Assembly (NCBI GenBank): GCA_965242525.1
Contig: OZ251459.1
Location: 2,240,001-2,304,000 of the forward strand
Origin: an uncultured Candidatus Binatia bacterium
Lineage (GTDB): Bacteria > Desulfobacterota > Binatia > UBA9968 > JAJDTQ01
Reading direction: 5' to 3'
Length of the DNA stretch: 64,000 nt
Below are positions 50,887-62,790 of this stretch, one piece after another. Made by a program: the position numbers and the translations under genes. Positions within the stretch are counted from its first letter, which is position 1. Every line of letters starts with the position of its first letter. The notes under the pieces were generated by a model, which was given only the letters and a program-made list of their open reading frames with translations, made no database searches and had not been told where the DNA came from.

Positions 50887-51327
50887 CTACCCTGCGATGG
50901 CGAGCGGCTCGGGCGTCTGCGCTCCATGGGGGTGCTCCGGGCCGCCGTAAACCTTCAGCTTGCCGAGCTGGCCCCTCCCGAGCCGGTTCCTGGGAAGCAT
51001 GCCCTTCACCGCCAACCGCACCACCGCCTCCGGTTTCCTGGCGCGCATCTCGGACAGGCGCGTCTCCCGCAGCCCTCCCGGATAGCCGGTATGGCGGTAG
51101 TAGCGCTTGTCGCTTTCCTTCGCTCCGGTCACCTTGACCCGCTTGGCGTTCACCACTATGACGAAATCGCCCGCGTCCACATGCGGGCTGAAGGACGGCT
51201 TGTGCTTGCCGCGCAGGACCCTGGCGATCTCGGTGGCCATCCGTCCGAGGACCTTGTCCTCGGCGTCGATGATGTACCACCGCCGCTGGGCCAGCGCCTC
51301 CTCCTTCGTCATCTGAACCGTACGCAT
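50887..51327 (-). CDS. rplM: 50S ribosomal protein L13
   Basis: WYIIDA...LRGKHKP...HTGYPGG...GMLP. Confidence 0.98.
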   Translation of the reverse strand: MRTVQMTKEEALAQRRWYIIDAEDKVLGRMATEIARVLRGKHKPSFSPHVDAGDFVIVVNAKRVKVTGAKESDKRYYRHTGYPGGLRETRLSEMRARKPEAVVRLAVKGMLPRNRLGRGQLGKLKVYGGPEHPHGAQTPEPLAIAG

Positions 51328-51354
51328 GCCGCTCCCCTGCGTCCGAGCATCGCT

Positions 51355-51431
51355 TGGCGGGGCCGACGAGACTCGAACTCGCGACCTCCGGCGTGACAGG
51401 CCGGCGTTCTAACCAGCTGAACTACGGCCCC
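51355..51431 (-). tRNA. tRNA-Asp(GTC)
   Basis: CCGGC-CTGTCAC-GCCGG, 3' CCA. Confidence 0.97.
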
Positions 51432-51454
51432 GTGCGAATGGGGAACCATAACGG

Positions 51455-53616
51455 TTATCGGACGCGATTGCAACCCCCGGAATGGTCCGATGCACAGAGG
51501 TCCATCTTTACTACCCAGTGGCGTCGGTACGGGGTTCTGTTCTGTCCCATCCTGATGCGGGAGACAGGATAACCGGGGAGTGAAAGGACAGCGACGCACT
51601 TCCCTTCGAACAGTACGGGGTACAGTGAGAACGGGATGAAGGGATTGTCCGAGCCGTACCGATTATACCGTTTGTATTGTCGAGGCAGGTCCTTCGGATC
51701 TTCCAGGGTCACGTCCACGAAGATCTTTCTCGGTTTCCATTCCGATTCCGGTATCCATACCTCTACCCGATCCTCCCGGACGCAGGGCTCCCTGACGAAG
51801 GTCAGCGTGTCGTCATCGAGATAGACATCGAAGCGGGAGCGCGCCGCCGGGTCTCCGGCGGACACCGCCTGTTGGTAGGCGGCCCGGTACCACTCGACGA
51901 AGTCCTCGATACCCGACGAATCATGCAGGAACACCTGTTGGTTCCGGGGTGTGAGCAGGGCGTCGCTCTCCACGCGGTCGGGGGTGACGATGAAGTCCGC
52001 GGCGCGGGCGGCGGCTTCCATGTCGGGGAAGCGTACCAGGACGCTTCCCGCCAGATAGTAGGGCGTCCATGTGATCCCCGGGAACCATTCCGGCTTCATG
52101 GACTCGAAGACCAGGACCGCCTTTCCCCGGGTGGTTTCTCGGATGGCTCCGAGTTCGGCCATGGCGGTCCGTTGGATCTCGGCCGCATGGGCATTGAGGC
52201 TCCATCGTTGATCTACCCGGAAGGCGGAGGCCGCGAAGGCGAGCAGGGCCGCGGCGGCAAAGGCGGCTACCGGACGAGCCCCCCATCGTTCGCGGACGTA
52301 CAGCAGGAGCAGCGAGTAGAACACCAGCGGGACGCCCACGTAGAACAGGGCCTCGAAGTTGTGGTGTGCAGAGTTGTGGCGCATGGGCAGGGCCCAGAAG
52401 AACCCGGACAGGGCAAGGGCGGCCAGCAGGAGGCGTTGCCGCCCTTGCAATAGCGGTCCCGCAAGCCGAACGAGGGCTGCGGCCGCTGCCACGGCCATGA
52501 GCAACCCCAGGATGAATGCCGACAACAGCGGCCCCGAGAGGCCCGGGGGCGAAAGGGGGAAACCCGGACCCCGATGGAAACGGAAAAGGTGGAGAGGAAA
52601 CCACTCCGCCATGTCGGCTGCCCGGTCGGTGAGCAGGAACGGAACGGAGGCCACGCAGACGCGAAAGAACTGCTGGCGCAGGAAACGCAGCCACCACTCC
52701 ACGGGGGCGAAGCCCCAGTCCAGTCCGGTGCGCCTGAGCATGGACTGGAACGACGGCAGTTCGGTCACCGAGGTCTCGCCTCCGAAGGCGGCGTACTCGT
52801 TGGCGAAGTTGAAGGCGAGGAGGGCCGCGCCGAAGAGCAGCGCGGCCAAGCCCAGGGTGGTGTAGCGGCTGCGCAGCACTGCGGCTGCAACGGAGCGCAA
52901 ACGGAGCCGGAGCGCAGTTCCGTGTTTCCATGCCCGGAGGGCTTCCCGGGCAAGACCCAGGAGGATGAAGGGAAGCAGGAAGGCGTACACGTGCCAGCCC
53001 AGCAGCAGCGCCACGCCGGTCTTGGCCAGCAACTGGGGGAAGCGTCCCTCCTGCACGAAGACGGTCATGCCGTGGAAGGCCAGCATGACCGCGAACAGGT
53101 CCACGCTGGCCTCGGTATTGACCGAGTCGCTGTAGAAGAGCATGTAGTAGGAGGAGAAGGCCAAGAGGGTGGCGGCCAGTGCGATCCAGGGGGGGGGGGG
53201 GGGGGGAGGGTGATGCGCGCGAGGGAGTAGAAGGCCAGGAAGGCGGCGGCGCTGAACAGGAGCAGCATGAGCACGCGGGCGGCGAGGATCTTTGCGGAGA
53301 GGTCGTTTCCGAAGGGGAGGATGGCGAGTTTGACGAGTGCGTAACCGCCGACGGGAAAGCGGCTGTACGTCTGGTACGCGGGGGCGCCGTCCGATCCCTG
53401 GTGCCGCGCCTCGAACAAGCGGAAACCGTGGTCGGGGGACAAGTTCTCGGCGATGGCCAGGGTCTTCGCGGAATTGTGGGCATGGTGGCCGGGACGGTAG
53501 ATGTGTCCCTTGTCCACCACGTACAGGAACGACGTGGACAGCGCGATCAGCAGCAACAGCAGGGGCAGGCGTCGGGGCCGGAAATCCGGGGAGGGAGGCA
53601 CCCCGGCATGTTCCAA
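51455..53616 (-). pseudogene. GT-C-like polytopic membrane protein, copy A; frameshifted at the G18 tract (phase-off allele or assembly error)
   Basis: N-terminus in ORF 53065..53961 and the remainder in ORF 51455..53716; frames switch at 53189-53210. Confidence 0.8.
53189..53206. repeat. G18 homopolymer inside copy A
   Basis: cca-G18-aggg-tgat versus cca-ggggcgggagg-tgat in the paralog. Confidence 0.9.
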
Positions 53617-53675
53617 TGTCACCCTCTCCTTCGGTGGCGTCCTCGGATTGGAGTGCGAAGGGGGAACCACAACGG

Positions 53676-55808
53676 TTATCGGATGCGATTGCAACCCACG
53701 GAATGGTCCGATGCACAGAAGTCCATCTTTACTACCCAGTGGCGTCGGTACGGGGTTCTGTTCTGTCCCATCCTGATGCGGGAGACAGGATAAACGGGGA
53801 GCGGAACGACAGCGACGCACTTCCCTTCGAACAGCACGGGGTACAGTGAGAACGGGATGAAGGGATTGTCCGAGCCGTACCGGTTGTACCGTTTGTATTG
53901 TCGAGGCAGGTCCTTCGGGTCTTCCAGGGTCACGTCCACGAAGATCCTTCTCCGTTTCCATCCCGCTACCAGATCCTCCCGGACGCAGGTCTCCCTGACG
54001 AAGGTCAGGGTGTCGTCATCGAGATAGACATCGAAGTGGGAGCGCGCCGCCGGGTCTCCGGCGGACACCGCTCTCTGGTAGGCGGCCCGGTACCACTCCA
54101 CGAAGTCGGCGATACCCGACGAATCATACAGGAACACCTGTTCGTTCCGGGGTGTGAGCAAAGCGTCGCTCTCCACTCGGTCGGGGGTGACGAGGAAGTC
54201 CGCGCTGCGGGCGGCGGCTTCCATGTCGAGGAGGCGTACCAGGACGCTTCCAGCCAGATAGTAGTGCGGCCATGTGACCTGCGTGGACCATTCCCGCTTC
54301 ATGGACTCGATGACCATGACCGCCTTTCCCCGGACGGTTTCGCGGATGGCCCCGAGTTCGGCCATGGCGGCCCGTTGGGTCTCGGCCGCATGGGCATCGA
54401 GGCCCCATCGTTGATCCATCCGGAAGGTGGAGGCCGCGAAGGCGAGCAGGGCCGCGGCGGCAAAGGCGGCTACCGGACGAGACCCCCATCGCTCGCGGAC
54501 GTACAGCAGGAGCAGCGAGTAGAGCGTCAGAGGGACGCCCACATAGTACATGGCCTCGAAGAGGTGGGCATAGTATGCGACGTTGTAGCGCATGGGCAGG
54601 GCCCAGCAGAACCCGGACAGGGCAAGGGCGGCCAGCAGGAGGCGCTGCTGCCCTTCCAGCAGCGGCCCCGCAAGCCGAACGAGGGCCGCGGCTGCTCCCA
54701 CGGCCATGAGCAACGCCAAGATGGATGTCGACAACAGCGGCCCCGAGAGGCCCGGAGGCGAAAGGGAAAAACCCGGGCCCCGACGGAAAAGGTGAAGAGG
54801 AAACCACTCCGCCAGACCGGCCCCCCAGTCGCTCAGCACGAAGGGAACGGAGGCCACGCACACGCGAAAGAACTGCTGGCGCAGGAAGCTCAGCCACCAC
54901 CCCACCGGGGCGAAGTCCCGGTCCAACCCGGTGCGCACGAGCATGGACTGGAACGACGGCAGTTCGGTCACCGGGATCTCTCCTCCGAAGGCCGCGTACT
55001 CGTTGGCGAAGTTGAAGGTGAGGAGGGCCGCGCCGAACAGCAGCGCGGCCAAGCCCAGGGCGGTGTAGCGGCTGCGCAGCACTGCGGCTGCGGCGGAGCG
55101 CACGCGGATCCGGAGAGCCGTTCCCTGCTTCCAGGCCCGGAGGGCTTCCCGGGCCAGACCTAGGAGGATGAAGGGCAGCAGGAAGGCGTACACGTGCCAT
55201 CCCAGGAGCAGCGCCACGCCGGTCTTGGCGAGCAACTGGGGAAAGCGTCCTTCCTGTACGAATACGGTCATGCCGTGGAAGGCCAGCATGACCGCGAACA
55301 GGTCCACGCTGGCCTCGGTGGTGACCGCGTCGCCGTAGAGGAGCATGTAATAGGAGGAGAAAGCCAGGAGGGTGGCGGCCAGTGCGATCCAGGGGCGGGA
55401 GGTGATGCGCGCGAGGGAGCGGAAGGCCAGGACCGCGGCGGCGCTGAACAGGAGCAGCATGAGGATGCGGGCGGCGAGGACCTTTGCGGAGAGGTCGTTT
55501 CCGAAGGGGAGGATGGCGAGTTTGATGAGTGCGTAACCGCCGACGGGAAAGCGGCTGTACGTCTGGTACGCGGGGGCGCCGTCCGGTCCCCGGTGCCGCG
55601 CCCGGAACAACCGGAAACCGTGGTCGGGGGACAGGTTCTCGGCGATGGCCAGGTTCTTCGTGGAAACGTGGCCATTGTGGCCGGGACGGTAGATGTGTCC
55701 CTTGTCCACCACGTACAGGAACGACATGGACAGCGCGATCAGCAGCAACAGCAGGGGCAGGCGTCGGGGCCGGAAATCCGGGTAGGGAGGCACCCCGGCA
55801 TGTTCCAA
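53676..55808 (-). CDS. GT-C-like (ArnT/PMT-topology) polytopic membrane protein with a C-terminal soluble domain, copy B, intact
   Basis: TTG start after GGAGAGGG; TM1, large loop (YSRFPVGGY), about 12 hydrophobic segments, then RSHFDVYLDDDTLTFVRETC...GKCVAVVPLPVYPVSRIRMGQ. Confidence 0.75.
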   Translation of the reverse strand: MEHAGVPPYPDFRPRRLPLLLLLIALSMSFLYVVDKGHIYRPGHNGHVSTKNLAIAENLSPDHGFRLFRARHRGPDGAPAYQTYSRFPVGGYALIKLAILPFGNDLSAKVLAARILMLLLFSAAAVLAFRSLARITSRPWIALAATLLAFSSYYMLLYGDAVTTEASVDLFAVMLAFHGMTVFVQEGRFPQLLAKTGVALLLGWHVYAFLLPFILLGLAREALRAWKQGTALRIRVRSAAAAVLRSRYTALGLAALLFGAALLTFNFANEYAAFGGEIPVTELPSFQSMLVRTGLDRDFAPVGWWLSFLRQQFFRVCVASVPFVLSDWGAGLAEWFPLHLFRRGPGFSLSPPGLSGPLLSTSILALLMAVGAAAALVRLAGPLLEGQQRLLLAALALSGFCWALPMRYNVAYYAHLFEAMYYVGVPLTLYSLLLLYVRERWGSRPVAAFAAAALLAFAASTFRMDQRWGLDAHAAETQRAAMAELGAIRETVRGKAVMVIESMKREWSTQVTWPHYYLAGSVLVRLLDMEAAARSADFLVTPDRVESDALLTPRNEQVFLYDSSGIADFVEWYRAAYQRAVSAGDPAARSHFDVYLDDDTLTFVRETCVREDLVAGWKRRRIFVDVTLEDPKDLPRQYKRYNRYGSDNPFIPFSLYPVLFEGKCVAVVPLPVYPVSRIRMGQNRTPYRRHWVVKMDFCASDHSVGCNRIR

Positions 55809-55882
55809 TGTCACCCTCTCCTTCGGTGGCGTCCTCGGATTGGAATATCCTCCCGGGGAGACTGTCCGGGCAAGGGAATCGA

Positions 55883-55955
55883 TGGGCGGTACAGGACTTG
55901 AACCTGTGACCCCCGGCTTGTAAGGCCGATGCTCTCCCAACTGAGCTAACCGCCC
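55883..55955 (-). tRNA. tRNA-Val(TAC), CCA not encoded
   Basis: TCGGC-CTTACAA-GCCGG anticodon arm. Confidence 0.96.
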
Positions 55956-56040
55956 GAAGACCCGAAACCGGCCCCGCGGCCCGGCGCAGGCGCGCGGGGT
56001 CCCGCCGCGTCCGCCCGGAAAGGGCTGCGGCGGCGTCCGG

Positions 56041-58491
56041 TCACTGGGGAAGGCTGGGCCTGGGCTCGGCGTCCTTCTTGCCGAAACTCGCGGCCGCGGC
56101 GGCGGCGTCCAGCTCCCGCGGCGCGAACAGCGCCTCCGGGTCGCTCACCACCAGGGCCCGCTTGAGCACCTCGTCCATGTGCGAGACCAGGATCAACTCC
56201 ACGCTCTTCAGGACCGTGGCCGGAATCTCGTTGATGTCCTTCTTGTTCTCCGCCGGGATGATGACGGCCTTGATGCCGCCGCGGTGGGCGGCGAGCACCT
56301 TTTCCTTCAGGCCGCCTATGGGCAGCACGCTGCCCCGAAGGGTGATCTCGCCGGTCATGGCCACGTCGTGATAGACCGGGATGCGCGTCAGCGCGGACAC
56401 CAGCGACGTCGCCATGGTGATGCCCGCGGACGGCCCGTCCTTGGGAATCGCCCCCTCCGGCACGTGGATGTGGACGTCGTTCTTCTGGTAGAAGTCCTTT
56501 TCCAACCCCAGTTCCTCCCCCCGGGAACGGACGTAGCTCATGGCGGCCTGGGCCGACTCCTGCATGACGTCCCCGAGCTTGCCGGTGATGGTCAACCGCC
56601 CCTTCCCGGGCATGATGGAGACCTCGGTGGACAGCAACTCGCCGCCGAGCTCGGTCCACGCCAACCCGGTGGTGGTCCCGATCCGGTGCTCCTCCTCGGC
56701 GATGCCGTAGCGGTACTTGGGGGGGCCCAGGTACTTCGGGAGGTTCCGCGCGCCCACCGCGGTCCTCGACGCGAGGTCGTTCTTTACCACGTCCACCGCG
56801 ACCTTCCGGCAAATGGAGGCGATCTCGCGCTCCAGGTTCCTGACCCCCGCCTCCTTGGTGTAGCGCCGCACCAGACCCAGGATGGCGCTGTCCGACAGGG
56901 CGATGTTCTCCTCCTTCAGCCCGTTGGCGTCGCGCTGTTTCACCACCAGGTACTTCTTCGCGATGTTCAGCTTCTCCAACTCGGTGTAGCCCGCGATGCG
57001 GATGATCTCCATCCGGTCCTGCAAGGGCCGGGGGATGCCCTCCAGGGTGTTGGCGGTGGTGATGAACATGACCTTGGACAGGTCGTAGTCCAAGTCCAGG
57101 TAGTGGTCGTTGAACGCCTGGTTCTGCTCCGGGTCCAGCACCTCCAGCAGGGCGGACGAGGGGTCGCCGCGGAAGTCCATGGACATCTTGTCCACCTCGT
57201 CCATCAGGAACACCGGGTTGCTGGAGCCTGCCTTCTTGAGGGACTGGATGATCTTCCCGGGCAACGCGCCGATGTAGGTGCGCCGATGTCCGCGGATCTC
57301 GGCCTCGTCCCGCACCCCGCCCAGGGACATGCGCACGAACTTCCGTCCCGTGGCCCGGGCGATGGAGCGCCCGAGGGATGTCTTGCCCACGCCCGGCGGC
57401 CCCACCAGGCAGACGATGGGGCCCTTGATCTTGCCCACGAGGCTCTGGACCGCCAGGTATTCGAGGATCCTCTCCTTGACCTTGCCCAGCCCGTAGTGGT
57501 CCTCTTCCAGCACCTTCTCGGCCTCGGTGATGTCGAGCTTGTCGTCCGTATAGTCGTACCAGGGGAGGCTGAGTATCCAGTCGATGTAGTTCCGCACGAC
57601 GGTGGCCTCGGCCGACATGGGCGACATCATCTTGAGCTTCTTGAGCTCCTTCTCCACCTTCTCCTTGGCCTCCGCGGAGAGCTTCTTCTGCTTGATCTTC
57701 TCCTCGATCTCCTGCATCTCGTTCTTGAACTCGTCCTTTTCGCCGAGTTCCTTCTGGATCGCCCTCATCTGCTCGTTGAGGTAGTACTCCTTCTGGGAGC
57801 GCTCCATCTGCTTCTTCACGCGCGAGCGGATGCGGCGCTCCACCTCCAGGATCTCGATCTCCGCCCGCATGTGCCCCAGCACCTTCTCCAGGCGTTCGAT
57901 GGCGTTGACGGTCTCCAGGAGGACCTGCCGTTCCTCCAGCTTGACCCCGAGGTGTCCGATGATCGTGTCCGCGAGCTTGCCCGGCTCCTCGATGGAGGAA
58001 ACCGACGCGACCATCTCGGGGGGGATCTTCTTCTTGACCTTGACGTAGTTCTCGAAGGCGCCGTGCGCCTCGCGCACCATGGCGCCCACCTCCGCGCCCT
58101 GCTCCACCACGTCGTCCAGCTTCTCCACCTCCACCAGGAAGAACTCCGGGTGCGCCAGGTAGCGCGCGATCCGGCCCCGGCTCTTGCCCTCCACCAGGAC
58201 CTTGACGGTCCCGTCCGGCAACTTCAGCATCTGCACGACGCTCCCCAGCGTGCCCATGAGGTAGATGTCGTCCTCCTCGGGCTCGTTGGTCCGGGCGTCC
58301 TTCTGGGAGGCGAGGAAGATGGCGGTCTGCTTCCGGGAAGCCTCCTCCAAGGCCCGGATGGACTTCTGCCGGCCCACGAACAGCGGCACCACCATGTGCG
58401 GGAAGACGATGATGTCCCGGAGGGGCAGCAACGGCGCTTGCACACCCTCGCCCTGCTCGTTGTCGTCCTTCTTGTCGCTGCGAAATAGCAT
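56041..58491 (-). CDS. lon: Lon protease
   Basis: [32 protein letters not shown]. Confidence 0.98.
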   Translation of the reverse strand: MLFRSDKKDDNEQGEGVQAPLLPLRDIIVFPHMVVPLFVGRQKSIRALEEASRKQTAIFLASQKDARTNEPEEDDIYLMGTLGSVVQMLKLPDGTVKVLVEGKSRGRIARYLAHPEFFLVEVEKLDDVVEQGAEVGAMVREAHGAFENYVKVKKKIPPEMVASVSSIEEPGKLADTIIGHLGVKLEERQVLLETVNAIERLEKVLGHMRAEIEILEVERRIRSRVKKQMERSQKEYYLNEQMRAIQKELGEKDEFKNEMQEIEEKIKQKKLSAEAKEKVEKELKKLKMMSPMSAEATVVRNYIDWILSLPWYDYTDDKLDITEAEKVLEEDHYGLGKVKERILEYLAVQSLVGKIKGPIVCLVGPPGVGKTSLGRSIARATGRKFVRMSLGGVRDEAEIRGHRRTYIGALPGKIIQSLKKAGSSNPVFLMDEVDKMSMDFRGDPSSALLEVLDPEQNQAFNDHYLDLDYDLSKVMFITTANTLEGIPRPLQDRMEIIRIAGYTELEKLNIAKKYLVVKQRDANGLKEENIALSDSAILGLVRRYTKEAGVRNLEREIASICRKVAVDVVKNDLASRTAVGARNLPKYLGPPKYRYGIAEEEHRIGTTTGLAWTELGGELLSTEVSIMPGKGRLTITGKLGDVMQESAQAAMSYVRSRGEELGLEKDFYQKNDVHIHVPEGAIPKDGPSAGITMATSLVSALTRIPVYHDVAMTGEITLRGSVLPIGGLKEKVLAAHRGGIKAVIIPAENKKDINEIPATVLKSVELILVSHMDEVLKRALVVSDPEALFAPRELDAAAAAASFGKKDAEPRPSLPQ

Positions 58492-58502
58492 GAATCTCCC
58501 CC

Positions 58503-59759
<1,257 letters not shown>

Positions 59760-59772
59760 CGATGCTCCCCCC

Positions 59773-60375
59773 TCACCCCTTCGTGTTGACTTCGAGGCGG
59801 CTGGTGATCACTTCGTCCACCAATCCGTACTCCAGGGCCTGCTCGCCCGTCATGAACATGTCCCTGTCCGTATCCCGTTCGATCCGGTCCAGCGACTGCC
59901 CCGTATGCTTCACGAGGATCGCTCCGAGCTCCTCCCGCATCCTCAGGATCTCCCTGGCCTGGATGTCGATGTCGGCCGCGGTCCCCTGGAAGCCGCCCAG
60001 GGGCTGGTGGATCATGATGCGCGAGTGCGGCAGTGCGTACCGCTTGCCGCCCGCGCCCGCGGCCAGCAGCACCGCCCCCATGCTCGCCGCCTGGCCCAGG
60101 CAGACGGTGGAGACCTTCGGGCGGATGTACTGCATGGTGTCGTAGATGGCGAGGCCCGCGGTCACCGAGCCGCCCGGGGAATTGACGTAGAAGTAGATGT
60201 CCCGCTCCGGGTCTTCCGACTCCAGGAACAGCAACTGGGCGGTGATGAGGTTGGCCACCTCGTCAACCACCGGGCTCCCCAGGAAGACGATCCGGTCCTT
60301 GAGGAGGCGGGAATAGATGTCGTACGCGCGCTCCCCTCGACCCGTCTGCTCTACCACGAAAGGAATGAAGTTCAT
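59773..60375 (-). CDS. clpP: Clp protease proteolytic subunit
   Basis: [23 protein letters not shown]. Confidence 0.98.
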   Translation of the reverse strand: MNFIPFVVEQTGRGERAYDIYSRLLKDRIVFLGSPVVDEVANLITAQLLFLESEDPERDIYFYVNSPGGSVTAGLAIYDTMQYIRPKVSTVCLGQAASMGAVLLAAGAGGKRYALPHSRIMIHQPLGGFQGTAADIDIQAREILRMREELGAILVKHTGQSLDRIERDTDRDMFMTGEQALEYGLVDEVITSRLEVNTKG

Positions 60376-60426
60376 GTTGCCTCGACCCTCGTGCGTTGCG
60401 TACGCCGAACGCGCCACCAAGGAAGT

Positions 60427-61743
60427 TTAGCCTCTTTTCCCGCCCTCATCAACCTTTTCCGGCGGGTCCACCATCGTCACGTCCGCGGCCAGGAGCAGGA
60501 AGTCCATGGTCTTCTGGGACGCGATCTGCGAACGCAGGGCTTCCCGCGCCCAGTCCTCGCGATAGTGCTCGCGCACCGAGGCCGCCCGCTCCCCGCCGGC
60601 CCGCACCAGCGCCTCGACCCGGCGGTCCACCTCCTCGTCGGAAGCGGTGATGCCCTCGGCCGCGGCGAGTTTCTCGAGCAACAGCCTCGACTTGACCAGG
60701 CTCCGGGCCTGGGGCCTCAGCTCCTCCCGGAGCTCGTCCGCGGTGGGCTCCGGCGCGTCCGCCTCGGAGGGCTCCCGCCGGGACCTCGCGCCTTCCACGA
60801 GGTAGGACAGCTCCCGGTCCACCATGGACGCGGGCGCCTCGAAGTCGTGCTTCTCCAGCAGGCGCTCCACGATCCGGTCCTTCAATTGGCGCTCCTGGAA
60901 CGCATCCACCTGGAGCTGCAAGTCCGACCGCAGCTTCTTGCGCAACTCCGGCAACGAGTCGCACTCGCCGTAGTCCCGGGCGAACTCGTCGTCCAGGGGA
61001 GGCAGGAGCTTGCGCCGGATGTCCCTGACCGTGACCTCGAACTCCGCCTGCTTCCCGGCCACATCCTGGTCCCGGACCCGGTCCGGCAGGTTGACCACGA
61101 GGGTCCCGGGCGCGTCCCGCTCCATGCCCACCAGGCCCCGCTCGAACTCCGGCAGCGCCTTGCCCGCGCCGACGTCCACCGGGTAGCCCTCGGCCGCGCT
61201 CCCGGGGAAGGGCTTGCCGTCCACCGAGCCCGAGAAGTCCACCAGCACGTAGTCCCCCTCCTCCACCCGCACCCGGTCCTCCACCGGCTCCAGTTGCGCG
61301 CTCCGCTCCCGAAGCTCGGACAACGCCCGGTCCACTTCCTCGTCCCCCACTTGGGCGCGCACGCGCTCCACCGGGACGTCGCGGTACTCCCCGAGCTCGA
61401 TGTCCGGCTTCACGTCCACCACCGCGGTGAACGAGAACGGCTGCTCCTGCTTCAGGTCCCCCACCTCCAGCCGCGGCTCGGACACCGGCTCCAGCCCCCG
61501 CTCCCTGACCGCGCCCGCGAGCGACGCCTCCACGAGCTCGGTCAGCGCCTGGGTCTGGACCTCGGCGCCGTAGAGGCCCTGCAGTACGCTCCGCGGTATC
61601 TTGCCGGAGCGGAACCCGCGCACCTTCGCCCGACGCCCGACCTCCCGGTAGATCCGGGCGAAGGCCTGATCGACTTGCTCCGCGGGGACCTCGACCCGGA
61701 GCCTCCTCTGCGTGGGCGCCAATACATCGACTTCGCACTTCAT
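60427..61743 (-). CDS. tig: Trigger factor
   Basis: GFRSGKIP ribosome-binding motif, FKBP domain; upstream of clpP. Confidence 0.95.
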   Translation of the reverse strand: MKCEVDVLAPTQRRLRVEVPAEQVDQAFARIYREVGRRAKVRGFRSGKIPRSVLQGLYGAEVQTQALTELVEASLAGAVRERGLEPVSEPRLEVGDLKQEQPFSFTAVVDVKPDIELGEYRDVPVERVRAQVGDEEVDRALSELRERSAQLEPVEDRVRVEEGDYVLVDFSGSVDGKPFPGSAAEGYPVDVGAGKALPEFERGLVGMERDAPGTLVVNLPDRVRDQDVAGKQAEFEVTVRDIRRKLLPPLDDEFARDYGECDSLPELRKKLRSDLQLQVDAFQERQLKDRIVERLLEKHDFEAPASMVDRELSYLVEGARSRREPSEADAPEPTADELREELRPQARSLVKSRLLLEKLAAAEGITASDEEVDRRVEALVRAGGERAASVREHYREDWAREALRSQIASQKTMDFLLLAADVTMVDPPEKVDEGGKRG

Positions 61744-61892
61744 CCCCGGTCTGCCCCCCGTATGACTCGTTGACTCGTACTCGTTCGGCCCCGCCCGCCG
61801 CGCTCCACGCCGGACCGCACCCCCTCGCCGGGCGGTTCCCCCGCGAAGGGCGAGCCGCCCGCGCCCCGGACCACGCCGCCCGACGCTTCCGA

Positions 61893-61975
61893 TGGTGCGA
61901 GAGGGGGGATTCGAACCCCCACGGTTGCCCGCTAGATCCTAAATCTAGTGCGTCTACCGGTTCCGCCACTCTCGC
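61893..61975 (-). tRNA. tRNA-Leu(TAG)
   Basis: CTAGA-TTTAGGA-TCTAG, variable arm, 3' CCA. Confidence 0.96.
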
Positions 61976-62090
61976 AAGCCGGGAGGGGCCCCTGCTGTGC
62001 TGTAGCAACCCCTCGAACCGCAAGTCAAGGTCGTTGGCGCCCGGGACCGGGGACGCGGAGGGAGGCTGGACGGGCGCAGGGAGGGAGGAG

Positions 62091-62163
<73 letters not shown>

Positions 62164-62175
62164 ATGCGTCTTGGT

Positions 62176-62253
62176 TGGGGTGAGTGAAGGGACTTGAACC
62201 CTCAACCCCTGGAGCCACAGTCCAGTGCTCTAACCAGTTGAGCTACACTCACC
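62176..62253 (-). tRNA. tRNA-His(GTG) with encoded G-1
   Basis: CTGGA-CTGTGGC-TCCAG, 3' CCA. Confidence 0.96.
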
Positions 62254-62268
62254 AGAACACCCGTTGTC

Positions 62269-62345
<77 letters not shown>

Positions 62346-62412
62346 GTCGAACCGTTCCTTCGACGTCCCCGCGTCTCCACTCGACCCGCGGGCCGTCCCG
62401 GCCTGGCCGGCG

Positions 62413-62489
62413 TGGTCGGGGCGAGCCGATTTGAACGGCCGACCCCCTGCTCCCAAGGCAGGTGCGCTACCTGGCTGCGCTACGCCCCG
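62413..62489 (-). tRNA. tRNA-Pro(TGG)
   Basis: CCTGC-CTTGGGA-GCAGG, 3' CCA. Confidence 0.96.
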
Positions 62490-62519
62490 TCACGGAGACC
62501 CTGATCACGGAGACTGTCC

Positions 62520-62547
62520 ATTCTACATCATGGCGCAACGATATCAA
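62520..62547 (-). promoter_or_regulatory. Putative sigma70 promoter of the tRNA cluster
   Basis: TTGATA-N16-TAGAAT, 30 nt upstream of tRNA-Pro. Confidence 0.6.
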
Positions 62548-62790
62548 GCCCATCCCCGTTCGCCCCGAACGTAGCGAAGCGGAGACCCCCATTCGCCCCG
62601 AACGGAGCGGAGGTCCCCGTTCATCCCGAACGCAGCGCCAAGCCCATCCCCGTTCGTCCCGAGCGTAGCGTAGCGAAGTCGAAGGACGCGCTCATGCCCC
62701 ACCCCGGTCCGTCCCGAACGCAGCGCCAAGCCCATCCCCGTTCGTCCTGAGCGTAGCGTAGCGAAGTCGAAGGGCGCGCTCATGCCCCCA
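62546..62790. repeat. Cluster of REP-like repeats including an 88-bp-period tandem duplication
   Basis: tcccgaacgcagcgccaagcccatccccgttcgtcc.gagcgtagcgtagcgaagtcgaagg.cgcgctcatgcccc at 62624 and 62712, plus degenerate ccccgttcg.cccgaacg units. Confidence 0.88.

Larger units (their letters stand above)
51432..55844. repeat. Head-to-tail diverged tandem duplication (51432-53652 and 53653-55844)
   Basis: Both units start gtgcgaa.ggggaacca.aacggttatcgga and end ...cttcggtggcgtcctcggattgga. Confidence 0.95.

Noticed and set aside
51455-55808. Diversity-generating retroelement template/variable repeat pair
   Set aside because: No reverse transcriptase in the window, the repeat covers the whole gene, and the differences include indels and do not appear adenine-specific.
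51432-55955. tRNA-targeted integrative element or prophage
   Set aside because: No integrase and no duplicated tRNA 3' end; only a trivial CCCAT(T)CG resemblance.
62546-62790. Possible CRISPR array (also considered for 7423-7490)
   Set aside because: No unique spacers of constant length, the repeats are degenerate or directly tandem, and there are no cas genes.
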